From positions 27,714,001 through 27,778,000 of the forward strand of contig NC_043021.1 in assembly GCF_006345805.1 (NCBI RefSeq): a stretch of DNA of 64,000 bases. Direction: 5' to 3'. Source of the DNA: Octopus sinensis (Eukaryota). Shown here one piece after another: positions 24,701 through 38,960 of this stretch. The position numbers were made by a program, and so were the translations under genes. Below the pieces are notes generated by a model. The model was not told the origin of the DNA, did no database searches, and worked only from the letters and a program-made list of their open reading frames with translations. Within the stretch, counting starts at the first letter, position 1, and every line of letters begins with the position of its first letter.

Positions 24701-26598
24701 ATGTCGAGAAATTTTATTGTAGAACGCTGGTCGCGTTCCTTTATGGACCAGCATTTTCCTAGAATTGAAACGCTAGGAGAAAAAAGAACGTATGCACTAC
24801 AAAGACAAACCTGAATGACGTGGTAGTGAACGCTGCAACCACTTGCAGTAACAGCCCTGTCACCACCACCACCACCACCACCACCACTAACAACAACAAC
24901 AACGAGACTACTGCTGCTACCACCACCACCTCCACTACCACCACGACCAACATAAATGATAAAAATGAAACTCACGCGAATACTATTAAGAAAAACAACA
25001 ACAACAACAAGAACAACAATAAAAATGAACTATCTAATAGTGAAGATGTTAATATAAAAGAATCAACAACACCAGTAAATTTCGCTGACACTCTGCGTCA
25101 GAAAAAAGAAATTGTAAAATTTACAAATGAAGAATTAATAGAAACTAGAGCTCTCTTTACAACCCGTGGGCAAGATTTAGTGCTGCATACACCTCAACAC
25201 ATAAAGGAACAAATAGAAAATAAGACAATTATATATAAAATTATAAAAAAAAACAAAAAACAAAATGAACAGATTATAAAAACGGACATAGAAAAGTGTT
25301 TAAAAAGCATAATGAAAAAAAAAAGAATATATAAACTGGGATCCCCAGTATAATACAGTGGTGGTCCGCTTCCCTAACCAGGAAGTGGCAAAAGCTCACT
25401 CTACGGAGTCTTTGCAAAATGACAAAATCATCATGGTACCATATTACAAAGGCCAGAGAGTGAGTAGAATTAGCATTAAAAATGTACCCCCCAAGATACC
25501 TAACAAATGGATAACAGGGGCAATCTGTTACTATTTGAAAAAGATAAATATATTAGAAACCGCCATGTACAAAAACGACAATTGGGGTGGTAAACCAATA
25601 GTAGTGACGATCCAGATTGAGGGGGCCTCTATCGAGAAGCTACCTGATAGGATCCATTTAGAAAATGGGCAAAGCCTATATGTTGTAGCAGAAGGCAAAA
25701 AGCCTAGATGCTACAACTGTGGCAGCCCAGAACATTTGTTTGCCAAGTGCGCTCTGGCAAAGAAAAAACAAGAAAGAACAAATCAAAAAACAAATAAAAA
25801 ACCTCTGCTACCAACCCCACCAAACCCACAACTGATACAAGAATTATATAAAAATATGGAACAACGCCAAGAACAACAACAAATTAGCAAACAAACCCCA
25901 ACAACATCAGCAAGAAAAGAAACAGCACCAACACAATTACCGCTGACGTCGCAACCAAATAAAGAAGCAAAACCACAACCAACATCAAAAGACAGACCAA
26001 CACCAGCACCAAGGACGACAACTAAGAAAACAGATAACAGTGACGAGAAGACAAATTCTACCCCTAACACCACAACAACACAAACGCAGCACAAAACATC
26101 AACAATTTCTACAAGCATACATATTAACGCAAATGCTTTGCCTTTACCCCCTTCTGATTCGTCGGACGACGAAAGTTCGACGGAATGGCAAATAGACACA
26201 AGGGGTAAAAGGAAAAGATCAAAAAAGCCCACCAAACAAGGAAGTAAAGCAGGGAGATATTTAACTCCGGAAAGCATAAAAAAATCAATGAACCCGCAAA
26301 ACCACACACACAACTAACTGCAATAGACACAGACAATAAAAAATCAATGGATTACATTGCATCCAACACGAACATCTGTGAAGATGACTTTAAGACAAAC
26401 AATCATCCGCGCTCCACACCACCGAAACACATAAGAATTGTACACATAACACAAACACAACACCATACACTGAAAACTATATTTCCAAATGCGGTAGGCG
26501 GGTTTCAACGATACCTCTCCAAAAAACTATACAAACACCTCCTCAAAGACACCACAAAAAAAAGAAGAAAAAATGAAACTTTCGAAATGAGTAAGTGA
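24701..26598 (+). pseudogene. ORF1 of copy C, frameshifted
   Basis: MSRNFIVERWSRSFMDQHFPRIE start; RCYNCGSPEHLFAKC knuckle. Confidence 0.88.
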
Positions 26599-26664
26599 CC
26601 TTCCCTCTTGCCTCTTGTCTCTTTCAATGTAGTGTGTGAAACACAAAATTCATAAACGTCAATT

Positions 26665-29600
26665 ATGCTTAAATTAGGTTGTGTGAATGCGCGTGGCTTG
26701 GCGTCGGCTTGGAAGCAAGGTTACCTTCTAAACGACGTCAAGTCACTGAACGTGGATATAGTAGCTATCAGTGAAACCAGACTCATCAAGCCGCGGGCAC
26801 TCGCGTCCATGTTTGGCGATCATTTCGACATTCAATTTTCTCCCTGTCTGCCGAGCATGGGTGGTGGAGGTACCGCGGTGCTTTTTCGAAAGAGTCTAAA
26901 TGTAAAAGTAAGAACAATATTGCTAGACAAGGAGGGTAGGCTGGTTGTCTTGGACGTGGATGGCAGAAATGGGTGTGCATTCCGTCTGATGGCAGTTTAT
27001 GCACCGTCCTTAACGGGTCGAGCGGATTTCTTGGGTACGTCCAGACCTTTACTGTTAGTAGGGGATTGGAACGCTACCTTGGACAAGCATCTAGATTATG
27101 TGGGAATGGATAGGAATAGAAGGAGGTGTAAGTGCCTCAAAGACCTACTCAGACGTTTCTATTTGTCTGACAGGTTCCGACTCGACCATTCGAACGTGCC
27201 AACGTAGACTTGGACAAACCGCGTCTGATCGTCGAGATCTTATCTATATAGAATTCTATGCAGGACAGCGGATAGGGATACTGTAGGATGTCCACAATTT
27301 AAAATAGTCAGCTACACAGATCACAAATTTGTGACGTGTACGCTCGACTTAGATAAGACACATAGACAGGGTCCGGTTACTGGAAACTGAACACGTCGCT
27401 CTTAGCGCGATAGGTTTACAGGAACCGGATTAGCGAGTTAATTAAGAGGGCGCTGACGGGAGCCGTCGTTAACAACCGCTGGTGGTTCGCCCTGAAAATG
27501 GCTATAAAATCGGAATCAATTAAGTTTAGCAAGGAATTAGCGATAGATCGAAATAGAGTAGAGGGAGACCTGGTTAAGAAACTAGAAGAGGCACTTACCA
27601 CTAGCAGCGCAACCAACGTGCTGGCTGCAAGGATGGCCCTCGACCAACACCTCAACGCCAAGCACGAAGGTTGCGTCGTCAGAGCTAAAATGTGTGCTTT
27701 AAGGAACGAAGGGATCGAAGCTGCGCGAGAGCCCCGGGTAGCGGAGGCGCAGCGTGGCAACAGGGCCACCATTCGGTCTCTAATAGATCAACAGAGATGC
27801 AGTTTATTCGAACCCGAAAGGATGGGTGTGGCCTTTCAACAGCACTTTGCTCGACTGTTTGGTGCGAGTGGTGGGTCGGAACGCGGGATGGATTTCAGTG
27901 CCTACCTGACTGACCTGCCGCGGCTCTCGGCAAGAGAAGCGGAGTGTTGTGAAAGTCCCATCACAGCCGCTGATGTGCGGGATGCAATGGCGGGCTGCGC
28001 GAGGGATAAGTCGCCTGGATTGGATGGTCTACCCTACGAGCTGTATTGTCAAATGCCAGACTTGTTTGGCGACCTCTTGGCATCAGTCTACTGCAACTGG
28101 CAACAAAACGGGAGAATCCCCGGTTTCGTGAGCCGAGGTGCAGTGACGTTGCTGAAGAAAGACCCAAACAAGGGAAATTTTATAGATAATTTCAGGCCCA
28201 TCACTCTGATCAACGCAGATTTGAAAATTTTGGCCAAAGTAACAGCCGAGAGGTTGGCGCTTGTCATTGGTAAACTGGTCGACAGAACCATACATGACAA
28301 CCTCCATCTGATGCGCTACATTGTGGACAGGGTAGTTAAGGATCCTGGCATGGGTGGGGCGCTGATCAATTTGGATCAGTCTAAAGCCTTCGATAGGGTA
28401 GACCATCGGTACTTGGCGGCCGTCCTCAGGGCGGTTGGCTTCGGACCCGTCTTCCGCGGTTGGATTGCTGCCTTGTATAGCGGCTTCCGATCGGTAATTC
28501 GGGTGAACGGTCACCTGTCGAAACCGTTTGACATTACGCGTTCGGTCCGTCAGGGGTGTCCCCTGTCGGCGCTTCTGTATGTATTGACTCTCGAGCCGCT
28601 ACTGCGGAAGCTGGCGACACTGAGGGGCATCCCACGGGAACTGGGTTGCGGGACGAGCGTGTCGGCATATGCGGACGATGTCACCGTCATAGTGTCGAGC
28701 GACAAACTCATTCAGATGCTAGGCGAGACACTAAGAAAATACGAAACGGTTACGGGAGCGAAGATTAACCCGGAAAAGTCAGTGGGTTTGCTACTCGGCA
28801 CCTGAAGAAGCAAGCCCATGCCGTCCGACTACGGCTCAGTAGTGGGACGCTGGACGGACGGACCGGTTAAATTGCTCGGGGTCTGGTTCAGTCCGGACCT
28901 CCAAATGGATAAGAACTGGGACGAGATCACGAGTAGAGTGGTCGCTCTCAGCCAAACATGGGCCGAGAGAAAGCTATCTCTAAAAGGTCGGGCGGAGGTG
29001 GCGAACGCGTACAACGCATCCGTCATCGATTACCGCCTGACCGCCGTGCCTTGTCCCGACGCCACCATCACCAAACTGGAGCGCATGCTCTTCCGCTTCC
29101 TGTGGAAGGGTGGCGTTCCGATGGTGAGGAAATCCATTTGCTGTCAACATCCGTTGAATGGAGGACTGGGCATGCCGTGGTTGATGATGCGCAGGCATGC
29201 GCTGAGACTGTGACATCTCTGGAACTTCATCGATGACGGTGAACAGGTGTGGGCGCCGTTTGTGAGGGGCGCCTTCCCGCAGCTCGTCTCAGCGACCGAA
29301 CTGCAAACGTTGATCAAGAAGAGACCGAAACTGGGCGATTGGCACCGAGAGTGTCGCCAAGCTCTACAGCAGCTCTGCAGACCGGGGCCAAACTTGTGCA
29401 ACTTACAAACGACTAAAGCGTTCTATAGAGGACTAGTGGAGGGGAGGTCCGACGACACACTCGGGGCAAACCTGGGCGTCGACTAGAAATTCCTAACCCG
29501 CCTGTTCAGGACGACGTTCGGGCCGGGGCCTATGGATAACTTCCAGAAATCCCTGGCATGGCAATGCTATCGAGACGCACTACCTGTTCGAGAGAAGAGC

Positions 29601-30056
29601 TACAGGCACGGTTCGAAAACCATCACCGGACCGACCTGCCCGAGATGCGGTCAGAGCGACGAAACCGTTCTGCACGCACTCGTGCAGTGTCCAGATATTT
29701 CAGAGCTGTGGACCTTCGTCGAACAGCTGTTGTCGCGTGTAGGACGGGCCCGCTTATCGGCCGAGTCTATCGTGAATATTGTTCCACCACCTTCCTTTAA
29801 ACGGGAAGGGAAAACGGTTTTTGTTACACTGATGGCTATGGCGAAAGAATGTGTGTGGTGGACGCATTTGAAAGGACTGCAAACCAACACCTTCCTCTCT
29901 GGTCAGTCTCTCGTCAACTTTTTCAAGTACCACTTGAAAAGGAGGATGAGAATAGAGAGGAAGGCTTTGTCAAACGAATGTTTTAATAAAAAGTGGGTAA
30001 AAGTGGCAAAAATGGTCAGTATCAAAGACGACACTATTTTAAGCATAAATCTGTAA
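26665..30056 (+). pseudogene. ORF2 (APE-RT-CCHC) of copy C, several stops/frameshifts
   Basis: [52 protein letters not shown]. Confidence 0.95.
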
Positions 30057-30172
30057 CCAAAAGAGACAACGAGAAGTAAGGCGACTTACTCATGTGTTCA
30101 TTTTCGAATTGTCTGAGGTGACCTTGGTCTTTTTTGTAGGTTTTTCTTTCCAGGGCTACACCTAAACTGTGA

Positions 30173-30203
<31 letters not shown>

Positions 30204-30341
30204 TGCATTTTTATACACCACACAACCCACAGATCCCTATTGATCAAACGTTTTTTTTTTGTGCCCCACCCATCCCACCTCGAAAAGAAAAAATTCTACA
30301 TTGTATTTCGTCCATTTTTATTGTGTGGCTACAATAAAAAG

Positions 30342-30342
<1 letters not shown>

Positions 30343-30417
<75 letters not shown>

Positions 30418-30418
30418 A

Positions 30419-30480
<62 letters not shown>

Positions 30481-30481
30481 C

Positions 30482-30555
<74 letters not shown>
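30343..30555 (+). repeat. (TATC)n tract between copies C and D
   Basis: Seen directly. Confidence 0.97.
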
Positions 30556-30972
30556 CTTTTGATAGTATTCGTTGACAGATCGACTCGTAAGTTAACTACT
30601 TATTTTATTGTGTTTTTCGAAAAGTTTCGTCGTAAATTTTGCACACGGAGTGTGTAAGACACCCAGCTGTCGTCTGGGTGTGTTTTCCGGAGGGGATTAT
30701 GCCCCTAGGGGCATTTTCAGCCTCAAATATATTTCACAATTTTGGCTGCAATAACTTGTTTTATAACATAATGTCGGCGAAGCGTTTCTAGTAAATTACG
30801 AACGCTGTTCTCTTTCTTCTCGTTTGTATCCATTATTTACGTTCCACATTGTCGTAGTATTGTGACTTTCCAAACGCTCAACTTTCGTTTGAGCCTGTGT
30901 TAAATATAGAAATCGCCCATAAGGGCATTTTCAATCTATTTTTATTTTTTTCTCTTGAAACAAAAAATAATA

Positions 30973-33019
30973 ATGTCAAGAAATCTTATAGTGGAAAAAT
31001 ATTCTGCTATGTTTTCTGAAGAAAACTTTCCCAGTTTGCAAAATACAATCGACAAACGCGCTAACAGTAAAATGGATAATACTCAAACCACCACCACCAC
31101 GTCATCCACTACCTCAACTACCAACAACAACAACAATGACAACAAGAATAACAATAATTGCGACACCGTTTCGATATCTGCTGCCTCGGCTGTCTCTTCT
31201 GCCACTGACAACACCAACAACAAAAACAACAACAACAACAACTCCGTTCACACCTGTTTTACTTAAACGACAAAAACTGAAGTAAATAAACAAAAAACTG
31301 TAAAAACCAAACAAATTGTCAAAAGATGCCCGACTACAGGGATAAATTACGAAAATAATTTTCCACCCCTTCCTACTTGCACAATCGAACCAAACACACC
31401 AATTTTACAAACTGCAGCCAACAACAACATCACCACAAGCAACAACAATAACAAAACAACAACAAATTTCGCTGAGGCGATTAAAGAAAAAAAACAACTA
31501 TATATATTTTACGGCTCAACAAATACAGGACACGAACATTAAAATAACAGAATCAGATGGTATAGTAAAGATAAACATACCAGAAGACATTTTGGAAGAT
31601 GAAAAATAGTTAACAAAAAAACAAAAATCCCAGAGAAGGCTAACACAAGGAAAATAGAGAAGTGCTTGAAACCCATCTGGAATCACAAAGAATATGTGAC
31701 CTGGTGGAACAAATTTGCCCACATACAAGTTGTTTTCTACACCGAAGAGTTAGCTAGACGTTTCTCAACGCTAACTCTTCACTCAGATGAACTCCAACTT
31801 ACACCAAGCTATCGGGGACAGAAAGTGACTAAGATCGCTCTAAACAATGTCCCCAAAATAGCCAATAATCTATGGCTTGTAAAGGCCTTATGCGTAAAAA
31901 TGAAGAATTTTACTATTTTGGAAACCACAGTCACAGAGCATAAAAACTGGGTGGGAAAAAAAGTAGAATTTCTTCTACATATACATCATGAAGATATAAA
32001 AAAAATACCCACCCAGATATGTGTATCAGACGACCACAAGTTATATGTGGTCGTCGATGGCAGAAGACCACGTTGCTACATATGCGGCAGTGAGCAACAC
32101 CTAAAAAAAAGACTGCAAATCTGCCGCAAGAAAACAACAGCAACAACAACAGCAGCCGGAAACAAAAACAAATAAACAAGGTTTACTACCCACACCACTT
32201 TTTGAAGGAACAAACCTCACCAAACAAACAACCACACCAACTACAGCACCAAGAACAGAAGCAGCATCACCAACAACAACAACCAAGAATATACCAACTC
32301 CCAAACCAAGGACATCTGCCAAAAAGACACCCAGCAAAAATGAAGAAACAATTACAACTCCAAATCCCCACAAAATTGAGACCCCAAACAACACAACAAT
32401 ACCTACAATCACTCAAACACAAAATACCCAAACCCCACCTCCAAAACCGCATACACCACAACCAAACGCTCACCAACCAACACCAACAACAAAATCAACA
32501 CAGTCGACAATAGACCCCAATATTTTCCCTCTTCCAGGCTCCGATTCGTCTGATTTGTCATTAGACGAAGAAGACACGGAAGATTGGCAAATAGCCACAG
32601 GGGGGAGAAGAAAAAGGGGAAAAAAAAGAAAAGAAAAAATAACAAACAAAGCGGGAAGATACACCACTCCCGAAACAAAAACATCCACAGAAAACACACA
32701 CATCAACACAAACACACCATCATCAAACCCCCCAAAAATGTTGACAGCCATAAACACAAACAACCACGACCTAATGGAACACATTAGGTCAAACACTAAC
32801 ATTACTGAAAACGACATAAAAACAAGTAACCACCCACACACAACACCACCACAACACATTAAAATAATAAACGTGACACAGAACACATACAGCACCCTGA
32901 AATCTCTTTACCCTGATGCAGTAGGGAGATTTCAAAAGTACTCATCGAAAAAACTGTATAAAAGCCTCATAGAAGAAGACCGTGAGGTGAAAGACAAAGA
33001 ACTTTCGAAAAACAAGTAA
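30973..33019 (+). pseudogene. ORF1 of copy D, frameshifted
   Basis: MSRNLIVEKYSAMFSEENFPSL start; RCYICGSEQHL knuckle; C-terminal HIKIINVTQ...LYPDAVGRFQKY homologous to B and C. Confidence 0.85.
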
Positions 33020-33061
33020 CCTTTTCTCTCTCCTTTTCCTTTTTTGCACTTTTATCGGAAC

Positions 33062-36000
33062 ATGCTCAGAATAGGTAGTATAAATGTACGTGGCTTGGGG
33101 TCGCCTTGGAAACAAGGCTACCTGTTAAATGACATCAAGTTACTAAATCTGAATATCATAGCCATCAGTGAGACCAGACTCCACATCTTGCGGGCACTCC
33201 AGCACATTTTCGGTACACATTTCAACATTTATTTTTCACCGTGTCTACCGAGAATGGGCGGAGGTGGCACCGCGGTGCTTATCCGGAAGAGTCTGGATCT
33301 CAAAGTAAGAGCAAATTTCCTAGACCCGGAGGGTAGGCTGGTCGTTTTGGATGTCGCTGGCAGCAATGAGTGTGCTTTTCGACTGATAGCAGTTTATGCT
33401 CCGTCCTTAACAGGCCGACCAGATTTCTTTCGACGTCTAGAGTCTTTCATGGGAACGTCTCGTCCTTTACTTTTAGTGGGGGATTGGAATGCCACCCTGG
33501 ACACGCATCTAGACTACGTGGGCAGAGATAGCAATAGAAGGGGATGCAAATGCCTGAAAGACCTGCGCAGACGTTTCCAACTGTCTGACAGGTACCGACT
33601 GGACCACCCGAATGTGCCAATGTGGACATGGAGTAACCGCATCGGGTCGTCCAGATCATACTTAGATAGAGTATTCTGTAGGACAATAGATAAAAATAGT
33701 GTAGGTTGTCCACAATTTCATATAGTCAGTTACACAGATCACAAGTTTGTGACTTGTACACTTGACTTAGATAAAACACATAGGCAGGGTCCTGGTTACT
33801 GGAAACTGAACGCGTCTTTTACAGCACGACAGGTTTACAGGGACCGGATCAGCACATTAGTTAAGAGAGCTTTGACGGGTACCATCATCAACAACAGATG
33901 GTGGTATGCCCTAAAAAAAGCAATTAAAGCAGAATCAGTCAGATACAGTAGAGCCCTAGCATTAGACCGAAATAGAATAGAGGGAGAATTAGTTAAGGTT
34001 TTAGAAGAGGCACTTAGAACTGGCATCGCGTCCAACGTGCTGGCGGCGAGATTGGCCCTCGACCATCACCTCAACGCCAAACACGAGGGATGCGTTGTCA
34101 GAGCTAGGATGCGTGCTCTGAGGAACGAAGGAGTTGGAGCCGCCCAAGAGGCCCGAGTGGTGGAGACGCAACGAGGCAACAGAGCCACCATCAAGTCTCT
34201 TATAGATGAACAGGGGCGCGAATTGCTCGAGCCTAAAAGGATGTGTGGGGTTTTTTAACAACACTTCACCCAACTGTTTGGGACAAGTGGTGAGTCAGAA
34301 AGCAGAGTGGACTTTAGTGCCTACCTGCATGCCTTGCCACGACTCTCAGCAAGGGAGGTGGAGTCTTGTGAAAAGCCTATCACAGCTGCGGACGTACAGG
34401 ATGCGATGGTAGGCTGCGCGAGAGACAAGTCACCAGGCTTGGATGGTCTGCCCTACGAATTTTATTTTCATATGCCCGACTTGTTTGGAGGCGTCTTGGT
34501 AGCTGTCTACTGCAACTGGCAGCAGAACGGGAGTATTCCTGCTTTTGTAAAGCGAGGAGCAGTGGCACTGATTAAGAAAGACCCAAACAATGGGGACGTC
34601 ATAGATAATTTCAGGCCCATCACTCTGCTCAACGCAGATTTGAAAATTTTGGCCAAGGTGTTAGCCGAGAGGTTGGCGCTTGTCATCAAGAAACTAATCG
34701 ACAAGGCGCAAACATGCGCCGTGCCGGGTAGAAGTATTCATGACAACCTCCATCTGATGCGCTACATCATAGACAGGGTAGTTAAAAATCCTGGCATGGG
34801 TGGGGCGCTGATCAATTTGGATCAATCAAAAGCCTTCGATAGGGTAGACCATCACTACTTGGAGGCTGTGCTTAAAGCGGCTGGTTTCGGTCCAGTTTTC
34901 CGCGGTTGGATCGTTGCCTTATACAGCGGCATCCGCTCAGTAGTTCGCGTAAATGGTCATCTATCCAGACCTTTTAACATCATGCGTTCGGTTCGTCAGG
35001 GATGCCCCCTCTCATCGCTGCTGTATGTACTGACTCTTGAGCCACTACTGCGGAAACTGGCGACGCTGAGGGGCATCCCACGAGAGCTGGGATGCGGGAG
35101 GAGCGTGTCTGCATACGCGGATGACGTCACCGTCATAGTGTCGAGCTACGAGCACATCGAGCTGGTCGGCGAGACACTGAAAGAATACGAAGCGGTAACG
35201 GGAGCAAAAATTAACCGGGAAGTGGGCTTGCGGCTCGGCACCTGGAGAAGCAAGCCCATGCCGTCCAACAGCGTGGGACGCTGGACGGACGGACCGGTTA
35301 AATTGCTCGGGGTCTGGTTCGGTTCGGACCTCCAAATGGAGAAGAACTGGGGCGAGATAACGACTAGGGTGGCTACTCTCCCCCATATGGACTGAGAGAA
35401 AGCTATCTCTAAAAGGTCGGGCGGAGGTGGCGAACGCGTACATCGCATCCGTCATCGAGTATCGTCTGACCGTCGTGCCTTGTCCCGACCCTACCATCAC
35501 CAAACTGGAACGCATACTCTTCCGCTTCTTGTGGAAGGGAAACGTTCCGATGGTTAGGCGATCCATTTGCTGCCAACACCCGCTAAATGGAGGGCTGGGC
35601 ATGCCGTGGTTGATGATGCGCAGACATGCGCTGAGACTGCGACATCTCCGGCGCTTCATAGACAACGGTGAACAGGTGTGGTCGCCTTTTGTGCGGCGCG
35701 CTTTCCCGCAGCTCGTCTCCTTGGACGAACTACAGTCATGGATCAAGCAGAGACCGAGGCTAGGCGAATGGCACCGCGAGTGTCGCGTTGCTCTTAAGCA
35801 ACTCTGCCGTCCGGGATCGAACTTGTGCGACTCCATCACAACAAAGGCATTCTATAGAGGATTAGTGGAGGGGAGGTGCGACGACGAACTCGGGCAGAGT
35901 CTGGGCGTCGACGAGGAACACCTGACCTGCCTGTTCAGGACAACTTTCGGGCCGGGACCTATGAACAATCACCAAAGATCCCTGGCATGGCAGTGCTATC

Positions 36001-36482
36001 GAGAAGCATTACCTGTTCGGGATAAGCTCTACAGACACGGTTCCAGACACACTGGACCGACTTGCCCGAGATGCGGTCAGAGCGACGAAACCGTTCTGCA
36101 CGCACTTGTGCAATGTCCAACCATTTCCGACCTGTGGGCTTATGCCGAACGGCTGCTGTCACGTGTGGGACGAATCCGCCTATCGGCCGAGTCTATCGTG
36201 TGAATTGCTCCGCCCCCTTCCCTCAACCAGGAAGGCAAGGCAGTTTTCATCGTACTGGTGGCCATGGTGAAAGAATGTGTGTGGTGGACTCGAGCGAAAG
36301 GATTAGAGACAAACACTTACCTCTCTGGCCAATCGCTCATCAACTTTTTCAAGTACCACTTGAAAAGGAAGGTGAGAATGGAGAGGGAAGTTTTGTCTCG
36401 CGAAAGATTCAAAAAAAGATGGGTGAATGTTGCAAAGATGGTGCGTGCTAGTAACGAAACCATTTTGAGCATGATCCTGTAG
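33062..36482 (+). pseudogene. ORF2 (APE-RT-CCHC) of copy D, a few frameshifts
   Basis: MLRIGSINVRGL...SETR...GDWN...YTDHK; 362-aa RT block 34307-35395 with YADD; zinc finger near 36060. Confidence 0.95.
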
Positions 36483-36787
36483 ATCGTAAAAAAGAAAGAA
36501 AGAGAGCATTTTTGATCTCATGTGGTTATTTCCTCCCTGACTGGGGTTCCCGTGGTCTTTTCTGTAGGCTTTTCTTCCCACGGATGAACCCAATCTTGTT
36601 TTATCTTGTTATATCAATGTTTATATCATTATTTCTGTGATACACGATTTCCTTTTTTTTCCTCCTCTCGATCCCTTTTGATCGCAATCTTACATTTCTT
36701 TTCTTTTTTTTCCACCCTCGAAAAGAAAAGCTCTGCATTTGTATTTGTCCCCTCTGTATTCAGCCCTGTGTGGCTAATAAAAGAAAG

Positions 36788-36788
<1 letters not shown>

Positions 36789-36884
<96 letters not shown>

Positions 36885-36914
36885 CATCCATCCATCAATC
36901 TATCTATCTATCTA

Positions 36915-36982
<68 letters not shown>

Positions 36983-37129
36983 CCTATCTATCTATCTATC
37001 TATCTATCTATCTCTCTCTCTATCTATCTATCTATCTATCTATCTATCCATCCATCCATCAATCTATCTATCTATCTCTCTGTCTATCTATCTATCTATC
37101 TATCTATCTACCTATCTATCTATCTATCT
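36789..37129 (+). repeat. (TATC)n compound tract between copies D and E
   Basis: Seen directly. Confidence 0.97.
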
Positions 37130-38465
37130 AAAAGGATGCGTCCCGATGGTCAGGCGATCCATTTGCTGTCAACACCCGTTAAAAGGAGGGCTGGGCATGC
37201 CGTGGTTGATGATGCGCAGACACGCGCTGAGACTGCGACATCTCTGGCTCTATGTAGACGACGGTGAACAGGTGTGGTCGCCGTTTGTGAGGCACGCTTT
37301 CCCGCAGCTCGTCTCCATGACCGAACTGCAGTCGTGGATCAAAAAGAGGCCGAAGAAGGGCGAATGGCACCGCGAGTGTCGCGTTGCTCTCAAGCAACTC
37401 TGCCGTCCTGGGTCGACCTTGAGTGACTTCAACACAACCAAAGCATTCTATAGGGGTTTAGTGGAGGGGAGGTACGACGACGAGCTCGGGGCGAACCTGG
37501 ACGTTGACGAGGAGTACCTGACCCGCCTGTTCAGGACGACTTTCGGGCCAGGGCCCATGGACAACTTCCAGAGATCCCTGGCCTGGCAGTGCTACCGAGA
37601 AGCGCTACCCGTTCGGGATAAGCTCTACAACACGGCTCGAGAAACACGGGGCCGACCTGCCCGAGATGCGGTCAGAGCGACGAAACCGTTCTGCACGCAC
37701 TCGTGCAGTGTCCAACAATTTCCGACCTGTGGGCTTGTGTCGAACAACTGCTGTCACGTGTGGGACGAGTCGGTTTATCAGCTGAGTCTATCGTTAATAT
37801 TGTCACGCCTCCCTCCTTCAAACGGGAAGGAAGAGCTATCTTCATCATCCTTGTGGCTATGGCGAAAGAATGTATCTGGTGGACGCGTCTGAAAGGATTG
37901 GAGACAAACACTTTCCTCTCTGGTCAATCTCTCATCAACTTCTTCAAGTACCACTTGAAAAGATGGGTGAATGTAGCAAGAATGGCACGTATGAATGACG
38001 AAGCCACCTTGAGCATGATCCTATGAACCCAGAAATTGAAAACAGAGAGTTGCTTATTTGCAAAAAAAAAAAAAAAAAAAAGAAATATAACGGTGCTCCA
38101 GCATGGCCGCAGTCAATGACTGAAACAAGTAAAAGAGTAAAAAGAGAGAGTATGTGACTCCATTGACCGAGATTACCGTGGTCTTTTCCGTAGGCTTTTC
38201 TTTCCACGGGTAAACCTCACCTGTCCTCCCCTTTACACTTCATATTGACATTTCTGTGATAGCGATCCCTATTGATCAATTTTTTTTTTTCTTCCTCTCC
38301 CCCCTTTTTTTTAACCCCCCTTTTTTTTGTCCTCTTTCTCTCCTTTTACGATCCCTTTTGATCGAAACTCCCCCTTCCTTTTTTTTTTTTAAACCTTCAA
38401 AAGAAAAGCTCTACCTTGTAATTTGTTCTATCTGTGTGCAGCCCTGTGTGGCTAATAAAGAAACA
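37130..38465 (+). mobile_element. Tx1-like copy E, 5'-truncated, third subfamily; SINE scrap in its 3' UTR (38085-38142)
   Basis: Starts at [16 protein letters not shown]; AATAAA 38454-38459, then GAAACA-TATC. Confidence 0.93.
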
Positions 38466-38558
<93 letters not shown>

Positions 38559-38600
38559 GGTTGTCCGCCTGTCTGTCTATCTATCAATATATCCACCTAT
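38466..38600 (+). repeat. (TATC/TGTC)n tract 3' of copy E
   Basis: Seen directly. Confidence 0.95.
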
Positions 38601-38850
38601 CTATCTATCAATCCAACCTAACTATCCCCCTTGTTTATGCGTAAGTTTGCTTTATGATCTACATATATTTACCTAGCTATATTTATCTGGGGCTTATACA
38701 GATACACCCATCTTTGTCATATATAGAAACGTCTAACTAATTATATGTAGATACGTAGACTGCTATGTATAATAACATCCGTATATCTACTTTATATGTG
38801 CACACATACGTACATATATATATATATATATACATACATACATACATGCC

Positions 38851-38960
<110 letters not shown>

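Larger units (their letters stand above)
24502..30342 (+). mobile_element. Tx1-like retrotransposon copy C, full length, decayed
   Basis: Short 5' UTR, ORF1, ORF2, B-type 3' UTR; AATAAA 30333-30338; TATC on both sides. Confidence 0.95.
30556..36788 (+). mobile_element. Tx1-like retrotransposon copy D, full length, decayed (same subfamily as A)
   Basis: Two-monomer 5' UTR, ORF1, ORF2, A-type 3' UTR; AATAAA 36776-36781; TATC on both sides. Confidence 0.95.
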
